Source of the DNA: Klebsormidium nitens
Lineage: Eukaryota; Plantae; Klebsormidiophyceae
Direction: 5' to 3'
Assembly (NCBI GenBank): GCA_000708835.1
Contig: DF236979.1
Coordinates: forward strand, 186,001 to 250,000
Length of the DNA: 64,000 nt
Every line of letters starts with the position of its first letter. The stretch's first letter is position 1. The notes beneath the pieces were generated by a model, which worked only from the letters and a program-made list of their open reading frames with translations, was not told the DNA's origin and did no database searches. Of this stretch, positions 23,601 through 35,100 are shown one piece after another. Both the position numbers and the translations under genes were made by a program.

Positions 23601-25093
23601 TAGGACAGCGCACCCCCGGCTCCACAGGCTGAATTGCTTTGCATGCGTAGTACAGGTCCTCTCCGGCAGCCCTGTGAATGGCACCATCCTGCGAGTCCAT
23701 GCGAACAGATGTTGCAACCACGCCTTACTGTGCCTACTTGACTTTTCACAATGGCGTCTCTTTTAGTCTTGAATGACGGACTAAAACATCTCTATCAAGA
23801 GCAACTTGCATCAAAATACGGATAACAGGGACTGCGAGCCCCATTTGCAGATGAATCAAGGTGTGTATAATTGTGAGTGTACATCACTGATCTCTCCTGG
23901 GCAAATCTCTCCTGGGCAACAAGAGCAGGAAGACTTGTGAATTATGGGAAGGACCAACTTTCAGACGACCTTATGCAGACTGTCAATAGACAAGGAGAAG
24001 AAATGTAGACCTTGTAAGCTGGTCTCCACTCCTACAAGTTTCCGCGCGAGGATTGAAAGAAAAGCGAAGAGTACTACATAAACCATAACTCACCACCCCA
24101 GCCCCTCCGAGCATCGCCCTGTTTGCGGCGTTCACGATCGCATCCGTCTTCATGTCCACGAACCACGTGGTTATGTCGCCCTTGTGCAACGCAAGCAAGC
24201 AGTCTTGTGACAATTTATACCACTGGCTTGGGGGGGGCACTTCAGGCTCCCTGTATTGAGAGCGGCTCGAATAGGAGCGCCCTCCAAAGGAGTCCCCGCC
24301 GAAAAACATCGAGTCTAAACGAGTCTGCCCTTTATTGAACATTCTGTGCCAGCTTCTAGCAAGCCTGGCGCCAAGTCTGAGACTGTCAAAGTGCGGACGC
24401 TCAAAGCGAGGCGTAAGAGCAGGGGCTTTGGGGTCGAAAGCCCCAAAGAGCAACCACTCTTGCGGAAGGTTGGTGAGGCCTGCAGGACATAAACAGCATC
24501 ACATTCAGGAGCTGCCCCCCTTATCCCATCTTTCATAAAGGCGACTAGCACAAAGAAGAAAAGCGATTGTTCAATGCAGTAAACTGCAATAAGCGAAAGG
24601 ATGGGCAGGCTCTTCCTTTCAATCCTCTCCTCTGGCAGACACGTCGCAGAACTTGAACAAAACCAACGTCAATCGTCGCAATTATCACACGCATATGTAG
24701 ATGAATATCAAAGCAACCAGCTCCTGTGGTACATATCATTCACTCCACAAACCACCTAAACAAAGTCCACCACATGCAATGAAGAAGGTTCAGTATAGTC
24801 CTTCAAAAAGCTAATCAAATAGAGAAGGGCATTCAGGACTCACATTTGTCCAGCTTATGTTCAGCTTTTGTTCACAGATGGTCAATTCCTTTTAAAGAAC
24901 ATCCTGTCCACAAAAGCAATGGCAATTGTGCCTGACAAGGACATGACAGCAGCAGAACTGACGCATATTCCAGAGATGAGCAATGAAAAAATTTCCACTC
25001 ACCAGAGATTGTACCACCAGGACGGTACAATCCCGCTTGCAGGGCCAGGCTACTAAAACCTGATCTGAGCCCACATGTATGCACAACGCTCAT
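20666..25093 (-). CDS. Macrodomain (MacroD-type ADP-ribose/O-acetyl-ADP-ribose hydrolase) protein with N-terminal extension and long low-complexity C-terminal tail; exons 25093-25003, 24479-24094, 23688-23598, 23331-23217, 22677-22533, 21688-20666
   Basis: Motifs [19 protein letters not shown]|[29 protein letters not shown] and [13 protein letters not shown]. Splice phases are consistent. Confidence 0.88.
22870..22940. repeat. Nested overlapping palindromes in a macrodomain-gene intron
   Basis: ATTCGCAAGGATTTTGG-ggagtca-CCAAAATCCTTGCGAAT (17-bp stem) overlaps ATTTTGGGGAGTCACCAAAAT-ccttgcga-ATTTTGGTGACTCCCCAAAAT (21-bp stem). Confidence 0.9.
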
Positions 25094-25447
25094 GGTGCGG
25101 AAACTTCAAGCTGGGGCGCCACAACAAAATTGGCAACTTCAATGTCTGCCTGGAATGCCACGGCCCACCATATCTCTGCAAATCACTGCATATCACTGCA
25201 TATCACTGCAAGTTCAACAGCATTTTGGTTTCTGCAGAGAAGTGGATGGAGAAGCCGGAGAATGCGACCGGCTAGTCCTCCCGGGTGCAACGAACGAAAG
25301 CCATCGAAGCGAAACATATAATATAAACAACTAGGAGTTCGACGGTTGGTATGAAGTATCATAGGGCGGGAGAATCCACCGGGGCAATTTCTGCGAGTTC
25401 CACACGAACGAGATAACTTTTAACTCAGGGATTTTGGGAGTTTTGAC

Positions 25448-25958
25448 CAGTGTTTCCCCTGCCGGCCCACTCTCTGGTAAAATGGCCGGCAATGGTCAAA
25501 TTGGGCCGGCAATGGGGGCCGGCCTCCGGCCCATCCGGCCGGCATTGCGGGGCACCGGCCGGCCTCTTGGGCCGGCAATGAAAGATTATTTCTGGCTCTG
25601 TCATCGTATTTAGAGAGCAGAAAGAATAGATTTTGATGACAATTTAAGGTTTTGGTCCCAATAAAAACTCTCCCCCGGGTACTTCATGCCAGAACTACCA
25701 CAAAATAAGCACCTCGGTAGGTGGGGTAGGAAGTTGGTCGATATTTCACTAGTTGAAAAGCTAGAGACTTATCAAAGACTACGAAGCTGGAGCAGATACT
25801 GTAAAAGTTCCAATATATGGGGTGCGCGCGCGAAACTTCCATATATTTCGGTGGGACTTGGGCCGGCAATGGCGACCTCGGCCCGGCCCAACGGGCCGGC
25901 AAACTCAGGCCCCGGCCGGCCCGGCGGCCAGCAATTAAAATAATTAGGGGAAACACTG
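25448..25958. mobile_element. Non-autonomous hAT-type MITE, 511 bp
   Basis: TIRs CAGTGTTTCCCCT (25448-25460) and AGGGGAAACACTG (25946-25958). Perfect 8-bp TSD GTTTTGAC at 25440-25447 and 25959-25966. Many subterminal GGCCGGC(AATG) motifs. No transposase ORF. Confidence 0.9.
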
Positions 25959-26269
25959 GTTTTGACTCTTGAGCCTTGAGGAGGACGACGGTGGACCAGT
26001 TGGAGACTCTCAGTCAGAGTCAGAGTCAGAGTCCTAGACCCATAGTAATACCTACTGGGAAGGCAGGCGCTCCCTTTCGTTGTGCACAGGGTTGAGCAAC
26101 TGAAGCCTGGATAATCAGGACGTTGAGCTTCTCAATGCTCATTGATCATTTACACTCTCTGCTTCTGGTTGCGGAAGGGGCTGCTTCTTTGAGTATCAAA
26201 ATGCTGGTGTTTGCAGGAACATTTTCTTGAGCACTTCAGAGACCTACCTGTATATCACAGCGCACCATC

Positions 26270-29200
26270 ATGGCAAAGTCGCCCGCTCCGTCTCGGTCGG
26301 GAAGCTCCTCCTACACCACCTCTGCCTCTGGTTCCTCATACTCTTCCAGTGTCAGCAGGAGCCCGTCGCCAACATCTAAAGCAGAGAAGAAACGGATTGA
26401 GACTGATAAGAAGAGGTAAGCTTTTGAGCGTCAAGCGATTTTCTGTTTCTGCTTGAGTTGATCAAAAGCAGCTCAATTGGAGGGGATTTGGAGTTAAGCA
26501 AATTCTGCAATTTACACCGACGGGGGATCGTTGTCAGAGTGAAGGAGTATCAAGTGGGTGCTCGGATGGATGCTAAGGAGCGTTTGATTGACTTGCTTGT
26601 TATGCATAGAAGCAAAAATTGACAGCTGCCTGTATTTAAAGAAAGCCTGATCGTAAGCAGAATGAAATTTCAGGATCTACGTATGTTTGGGCATAGCCAT
26701 TGGTAACTTTGTTTGGCCGCCAACGTTGTTGAGCGGCGACACAAATATGTGAATGACCACCCAGCATCCACCACTTCAGAGTCCGGCTCCATCATGGAAA
26801 TTCGTTGGAAGCCTGTTTGGAAAACCGGCATGTCGATCTGGAGCAAGCAGAAAATGCAAAGTTCCAAGCCACAATCCAGGTGTGCGAGAGGACACTTGGA
26901 AGTGGTCGTCATGAGATTTCACACGACAAGGAGAAGCTTCAGCAGTTGCAACATCTCCAGAAATATTGCCGAGCATAGTTCTTTCTAAAACCACAGTCGT
27001 CACTTTCTATTTTTGCTAGCGTCGCAGCCTTCAAAGTGCGTTTTTTGAAGAAAGAGTCAAGGAGAAGCGTCTTGTTGTTCCTTAGCGTTGAGGGTTCTTC
27101 TGACACCCAACTGATGTCAGGGTCTGGTTGAATGCAGTGCTGCACTGTTCATACCTCGAGCTTTTTCGATTCTGCAGTGCCGCCCCCCCCGTTGCAAAAG
27201 GCTCTCCTCCACCTGTCGCGGCCAGGCAGGGAAGGTCCCCATCACCGGCACCCAGGAAAGCAAGCCCCTCCCCTCCGCCGTGAGTTGTGACTGCCATTCA
27301 TCCATAATTATTCCGGTTGCTGGTTAGACCTCCCTTTGTAATTACAGAAATATGTGCGATTACTTGTCCCCCTGCCAAGCATCTTGCACAGGTCTGGTGG
27401 GGGGCTGATGATTCCCAAAAGTGGCATCACTCCAATGAGTGTTACATTGATATCAGAAGTGTTGTTAGTCGCGTACGGTGCCTGCCTTGGAAGAGGAGAC
27501 ATGTGCTTTGGGCACTTGGTCGCTTTGAGAATGCTCGACTCTGCAATCGAATTGTTGCGCTGGCTGTTATTTGCGGGCGCCCTCAATCTGTCCGTGCCCT
27601 GATGGGCGGGAGTGAATCCGGGTGTGTCCTCATGGTTCTTCGGCTCCTGCTCTACTTGCTGTACGGAGTCTGCTTTTTGTTGGGAGCAGATCGCTCTCAC
27701 TCGACAGACCCTCCCATACTATCAAAAGCAGCGGCTGACCCAATCCATATAGCAAACGTCGCTGCACAGAAGGGGGTAAGGGTTATTTTCTCCATTAGTC
27801 GTGTGCACTCCCTCTCTGCCCTCGATTTTAAGGCCCAGGAAATTCTCCACCCAACTTTGAATCTTTGAGAGCCATTGTGCACTCACTTTTGGTGTTTGCA
27901 AGTAGGGCGGAGACGCCCATGATACCTCTCTGAGAGTCAAATCGCATCGTTTTGGGTTTTTGCAGGAAGGCAAAGACGCCCCCTCCCCCCCAGCCGTCCA
28001 TCTTGCACGTAGGCTCGCTGACCCGCAACGTCAATGAAGCCCACATCAAGGAGATTTTCGGCAACTATGGGGAGGTTGTCAACGTGGAGCTCGCCATCGA
28101 TAGAATCGTGAGTAGAACTAGCTTCTTTCCTTTCTGCTCCAATTCGTGTCGTTTGATCAAGATGGATGCTGCTCCGAGCACTTGTTCTGCTTTGCCTCAG
28201 GCATCTGTTCGCACGACCGCAAGGGGAGCGGCTGTTTGCGGCCTTTGACCTGCAGTAGCCGCGGTTCCGGGAGCTTTCTCAGATCCTGGACAGCTGCTGA
28301 GCATCTTTGTTTACATCCAAACTCTGACACAAAGCATTGACAGCCATGAACCAAGCAGAGCTTATAGGTGCCAGCGGATTGTCTTTGCTCCAGATAGCAA
28401 GAACAGCAGAGTGCGCGTATGAGGCAAAGACCGCTGTGCGTGTGTGACCGGTGTGTCAACTGTATCGGGACGACCCTACAACATCTGACGGTCTCTTTCG
28501 CTACATTGAATGCAGGTGAACCTGTCAAAAGGCTATGGGTATGTCGAGTTCGCTAAGCGGGAGGACGCGGAGCAAGCGGTCCTGCACATGCACGGGGTAA
28601 GCAGCGGGCGCGTCTTTTTTCTCTTGCTGAGTTTGAGCAAGCCGAGAGAGGATCGACTCTGCTTCACGTTTCAGACTCGAACGGAAGCTCTGTGTCACCC
28701 GCATAGAACGTGTGCAGTGGTGAGCGTACGTCATCTGCTAGAGAACGGCGAGAATCTCAGAAGAGGCGTCGGCAGTTGCACGGACATGCTTTAAAAGTCT
28801 GGCTTCGGTAAACGACATTCTTTCTGAACGAGCCTCTCTTGCGTGACATGTTCTGGAAGGAACTGCTTGGATTCCACAAGGTTGGAGACCACTCTTTGCC
28901 AGAGCGACGTTAAAGTGGATAAATTCCTTTTGTCCCGCCTGCAAACAGTCCCTTATCAAAACAGTCTCCTCAAAATGTCCATGCCACTGTCACCTCTTGC
29001 AGGGCCAAATTGACGGTAATGTCATCACCGCCCAGTTCGTCCTGCAACCCCGGAAGAAGGCGTCCCCGCCCCCTCGACCCGTGTCCCCGCCAAACAGAGA
29101 GGGCGCCGTGAGGGGTCCTGGCGGTCCTCCGCCCCCTCCCAGGCACCGTTCCCGTGAGTCCCTTTGTTGTGTCCCTTCTAGGGGGCGGAAAACCGCTTCA

Positions 29201-31059
29201 TGGCAAGCGGCAGTGGATGCACTTTTGGGTGCTACGGGTTTATGTGTACGATTGTTTCAATGCGTCCAGGCTTTGGAACATTTCAGCTCCGAAGGTGGAG
29301 GCTTATCAAGCTTGAAAGTTGAAAGTTTTAGCAGGCAGCAGCCTCCATGGAAGCACTTGCTAGCGACGGCCTAGTTATCGAGTGTCAGTCTTAACAGCGC
29401 TTGGACTGGAGCAACACTTTACAGATGTGGAAGTGTGTGTAGACGACATTTGGAGTACCAGGTCACCGTGCGATTTAACTGTATTAACAACTTCCGCTGC
29501 AGCCCCCCCTCCTCGACGCCGATCCCCTGAACCCGCACGCCGCCGCCGTTCCCCCTCTCCGCGAAGGCGCCCCTCTTCACCTCGCAGAAGGGGCGCCTCG
29601 CCCCCCCCTTCCAGACGCCCTCTCTCACCCCCCCGCCCCGGAAGGTCCCGTTACCCGTCGCCCCCTCTGCCTTTCCGGGGGGGTCGGAGCCCACCGAGAG
29701 GGGCCAGACGTGCCCCCTCGCCGTTCAGGAAGAGGTAGGCTGTTCGCTAGGGCCAAAGTACATGTCACTATGATATTTCGAATTGAACGCACCGCCGTTA
29801 TCCCTTCCTGTTATATCCTTTAAACTTGAATGTCTGGACAGCTCTGTCTTAGAATTGTCCGCGAAAAGTGATGGAAGAAGACATCACCTGGAAAGTATCC
29901 CCGGCCACATGGTCACATTCTTCTGTGCTTCTCAGAGAACTCTCCATCTCTTGCTCAGCCTTACTTTAAAGTCTCTCGTACTTCTACCACATAAAACCCT
30001 CTTTGCCCAAAAGAACTACATTTTGATATGCATTTCTTTTCAGGTCCCCCCCCCTTCCTGCACGAGCCGGCCGCCGCTCCCCCCCTCCCCGACGGCCGCG
30101 CAGCCGGTCCCCCCCGCAAGGAAGCCGGCCTCTCGTTCACCCCCCCGCCGTGGCGGCCGCAGGCGCGACAGCCGAAGCTCGTCGTATTCCTCGGATGACG
30201 ACAGCCCAGTTCGACGGGTGAGTCCCTCAAGAGCAACGGATGGCGACATTAAGACACAGTGGTCTCGTTGGGGTAGTCTGGGTAGAGTAACATTCGTGTG
30301 ACGAGTCAGAATCTGGGATCTTACATTCGATCTTGAAATGGTCATGGGATTGACGTTTCTTCAAGGTGTACGCAAGCTTAGAAATGGGGAATCTGACTTT
30401 GGGGCCTCTGGATGAGTGTTGGCGGGTGCACCGGAGACGTGATGTTGTGTGGCTTTTGCCCATTCAAGATGAGGCGTTTCCCACCTTTGTTGTATGATGA
30501 AAGACGACTCCGTTCGGTGTACCTGAGCTTTTGGCCACGTCGAACCCTGGGCTTGGTATCGAAAGTACGAGTACCCTGGTGCCTAGAGCATATGTCCTTA
30601 CTAGTTACGAGCACCTTCACCGAGTATGCACGCGGTCATTCTGGCACACATCTCCTGCAAGCGGCAATGGTGGACGCATGCTGACGATACGCTGACGTTT
30701 TCCGCAGCCTGCTGCACCACCTGCGAAGCCGAGCGAGAAGGCGAAGGGCCCGACTCGGGGGCGGAGTCCCAGGTGAGAGAACAAACGGTCTCATATTCTG
30801 CCGCGTTTCGGAGTAGCACGTTCACATTGATTTTCAAGTGATGCTTATGGTCACGGCTTTGGTGGTCGCTTGCATGTCCAGTTAAGCCTAGGCGGGATCA
30901 GCTTTAAATCAATGTCGTTGGATACGAATGAAACCTTTTATCATGTTGACACAGACCAATGAGGAGGTTCGCAGCTGACATTTGCGCTTTGCCTGTTGTG
31001 GCTTCAGTTCTGGAAGCAGCGCAAGCGGCAGGAGTCGGTCCAGGTCGGGCAGCAAGTAA
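26270..31059 (+). CDS. SR45: SR45/RNPS1-like RRM splicing factor; exons 26270-26415, 27178-27279, 27966-28107, 28516-28596, 29003-29153, 29503-29734, 30044-30217, 30708-30772, 31008-31059
   Basis: RRM ILHVGSLTRNVNEAHIKEIFGNYGEV...KGYGYVEF...GQIDGNVITAQF, flanked by RS/SP-rich regions. Exon 7 needs one extra base to keep the RS-rich frame (see findings). Confidence 0.88.
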
Positions 31060-32100
31060 CGAGGAGCCAATCTAGTTGTACCTACCGCTGTGCACTTATC
31101 GTTACTCTAGTTTCTTCTGAGACCGTGGCAGATCGTTGGGTAAAGACAGTTTCGTCCTTTGGTGCTGTGTTGCATCGGAGCATCCCGAAGATCTGAGTTC
31201 TTGTAACATCTTGCCAGGACTTCAAATGCTCAGTGCTGAAACGCAACTGCATCGGTGCGCAATCTTCGCATTCCAAGACTTGCCAGAAAAAATGGTTCTT
31301 CATGGGGCCCATGGATTCTTGCATAGCGTTGGTGCTCAGGTCATGGATGCAGTATGTACTGATGTTGGCTCTACGAAATGGACCAATGGATTCGGACATT
31401 CTTGGTTCCAAGTTTTTCACCCGTGGATATTGGATAACCGTTCATCCTTTTCGGTTGCTTTTATCCTTCTATCCCTCAGCTCTTGCATGTGTTGCTACAT
31501 TGATATATGCCTGTTTCGCGTGGATTGCAACCATGCTGACTACGGGAGACTGGTGGATTGCAACCATGCTGGCTTATGGGAGACTGGTCAAGAAATGTCG
31601 CGGCGGCCAGCTTCATGAAAGCTAGCTGGAAGCTCAAGCTCTGCGCCTCAGGTGACCTAGCAGGCAAACTTGAGTCCTGCTGAAACTCCCATGCACCATT
31701 TTGAAGAATGCCAAATACCTACCCTAGCTGAATGAACCTCTTCCTACGACCTACAGCCCGTAGCCACCCCTGCATGAAATTCACGTCCGACAGCATTGTA
31801 CGTGAGCGACGCGCGCGCTGTTTCGGGTCTGGTTACCGGTATGACCCACATGTGCCATACCAGATATCGGCTCCGATTGGATTTTGCATGACGTCAGCTT
31901 TATCTGCCTATGTGGTCGCACGAGGGCCGCTTTTGCGCAGACCACTTTTCAGGAACCGTTCGCAAGGGAAAGCAGAGGAATGGCTTCCTGAACGGTGAGG
32001 AGGAAGGAGGCGATTCGAGGGTCATGTTTTAGGTCCCTTCTCTTCTGTGTGAGGAAGAGAAGAACAGTCCGTGGAGTTGTTTCTGATAAGAAGGAGACGG

Positions 32101-35100
32101 ATGGCTGCCACCGCAGTTTCCGTGGTTAGGGGTGGCCTTGCGTCCACATCTGGCTCAACATCAGCCTTTGGAGAAACAGTGGCTAATGCAGGTAAGCTTC
32201 TACTGCATTCCTTGACTTAGCAGAGTACCTTGCTGTATTGGGGGTCTGACTGCAAGCTGTTCGCTCGCTTGGAATTTGGAGGAGAATGGAATCCAGGTAA
32301 TGAGTGTAGAGTGTCATCAGTTGGTCTTCATTGCTTCTGCTGCATCTCCGTCTCTCCAGCAAGATGCTTTCGTCAACATCAAGACGAAGTGCTCTTTGAA
32401 GCCTAGAGGTTACTTAGGATGAGTTTTCAGACTTTCGAGCTGTTGCGGATGATCATCATGGAATGGGACCCTTTGGAGAGGAGGAATTCATGCTGTTAGA
32501 GAAGCAAACCTGATCCAGGGGTATTATTGCGCCGTGAGTTCCTATTTTGTGTGTAACGGTGTTTTGTGCATGGTAACGGCATCTGCAGTGCTTGAAGCAA
32601 CCGTGTCCGTGCAATGAACCTCTATTCATCCGAGTGCAAGGCATGTTCCCAGTCCTTCTACTGTGGTACTCTAAGCATCCAGAAGGGGTTCCTTCAGAAG
32701 GGCGTACGACATATCAGAGGACGCTGTGCACATCAGACAAAACTTTGACCTAGTAGAGGACTTCTCTGCTGAAAATTCTCAATGGAGTTCAAGAACATGC
32801 TAAACTTGTGCCAGAAGTCCTGGTTGCCAAGCAGATAGCATATAAGAATCTGGTCGGCACTTAACCTCTGGTCAATGCATCTCCTGTGCAGGCGGCAGGT
32901 TGGGCCGCAGCCAAGGTTACGACGTTGCGCATCTTGGATTGGATGGCTTGGACAGATTAGACTCAGGCAGCACTCCAGCATGTTGCAGCACAATCGGAAG
33001 TCAGATTGCAGAAAGGGGTCGAAGGCGTGGGGTGGAGAACAATGTGGCTAGGGGCCATGTTGTTGCATCTGCTGGGATCGCAAAGGGTGTCCTGGCAGAG
33101 GATTCGCGATGGCGGCGAAAGGAGATGCATGGCGCAAGGTGAGTTACAGAAACCTCACAAGTCCTTGCGCGCTTGCGGACGTTGGAATTCTATTGATTGT
33201 GTACAGAATGACATTGTTGAGATGGTGCTCAGATTGGAAGAGGTTGAGAGCAGTCTTTTGGAGGGCCGGTGACGCTAAAGGCCTAAGCATGTGTGTTGAA
33301 ACTGCAGGCAGTAAGCAAGCATTATGATTGTTATTTGACATCCTGAGAGGCTTCTGTATTTGAGCACCAGTCAAGTCGTCCTTGCTGTTAATGCTGCAAC
33401 ATTGTTGCTCTCATTTGACCTTGTCGTTCTTGCTTGCTGGGGTTCTGCCTAAGAAATAGAGCAAGAAGACAGTGGACAGGAAAGTATTGAGTGAATGCTA
33501 AGGGACAAGGGCACCAGAGATTGCACAGGCATCATCATTGACTGATAAGAAAAGCATTCATTTTGATTGTGTGGGAGCTGGTACTTTCTGCAAGAAGCTG
33601 TTTCACATTGGGTGTGTAGGCTCTGCTTCTAGCCCCTCATCAAATTGCATGATAGGTTGCTGAGGAGTGTCCCAACCACTCGAGCTGATTTAAAACAAAG
33701 GGGACACTGTCTTTGTATACTACGCTGCCACCTGTTTGCTCCAACCTTTTCGTTACATTGTGCTCTGCCGTACAGGTTGGATTCGTCAGGTTTCTTGCGA
33801 GGCACGCGGTTCTCTTCTCCCATCCGCTCATCCTCCGCTCTGCAAATGGTCATCGAAGCGCCCCCCCTCTTGGAGGAAGACTTGGCCGTTCCTCTCCCCT
33901 GGCACGTTCCTGATCTACAGGAGCGGATGAGCACTCTCTCAAGCGATGCTCGGAAGGGGGGGGCAGCATTAGAGGCACTCTCGGGCCAGGGTTTCCATAC
34001 GGACGGGGCGTTAAGAGAGGGCACTTTGGGGGTGGATAGGTGGTTGGACGGGGAGGGGGCCCTGCCGCAGCCCCATCCATGGCAAGAAGACCTGGATGCC
34101 CTTTCAGCTGTTGCCAAGGTGAGGGTTACGATCCTTTGAGCAGCCTTTGCTGGTGTTGCAGGTAGAAAGGTTCATTGGCTGCGTATTTGAACAAGCCCTT
34201 CAGTGTGAGCTTGGGCGTGCTTGGTGCTTCAGAATGCTGCTGCTGCATCCTTGGAATATTGCTTGACAAGCTGCACTACCGCTGGGTTGTTTGACAACTT
34301 GCGGAGTGTCTACGCCTCATTGCCAGGATGTGCAGGAAAGAAAGCTGGACTTGCTCAGATGGCTGGCGATTTATGCTGGGCCGGAGTGCCTGAGAAAAGA
34401 GCATTAGCAACGACATGGAAATGCAGAAATGGAGCTGTGCAGTATCCATGCCAGATAAGATCCAAGTGGAGAGCGGAGTGATCAACAATCACACCTAGCG
34501 ACCGCTAACTTGTTTCTCTACCCAGGTTGCTGAGCTTGCCAAGTTGGCCGTCAAGAGCGCTGAGGACGCGAGCATCGTCGAGGCGGAGCGAGAAGCGCTA
34601 GAAGCAGAGTCGGAGTTCATTGCTGCGCACCAGTACGAGGATTTGCTCACACCGGAAGATTACGCGCTGCTCCAGAAAGCACGCTCGCAGGACGTCGAGG
34701 ATTACAATGCGGAAATGAAGTCGGGGCCCGACCCGAGCCCGTTCAGGGTGGCCTTTGAGCAGGCTCTTCAAATGCCGTTGAAAAAGAAGACGGATGTGGA
34801 AAAGGGTGGCGTACGGGCGAAGCGGAAAGCGGCGGGGAAAAGAGCTGCGGGGGGCAGCGGAGCTCTCGAGACTGGGGTGTTTGAGGTCGAACTGGCGGGT
34901 AGTAGGGTTTTGAAAACGAAAGTGTCACAAGGGGTGTTGAAAACGAAAGCGTCACGACGGGTTTCGAGAACGAAAGCGTCGCAAGGGGGCAGAACCGCTG
35001 TGGTGGATGCGCCCCCCCGGAAGAGAACGGCAGAGGTGCCAATGCGGAAACAGACGGTAACGATGCCGGCTGAGAGGATCAAACCGGCAGAGGTTGATTC

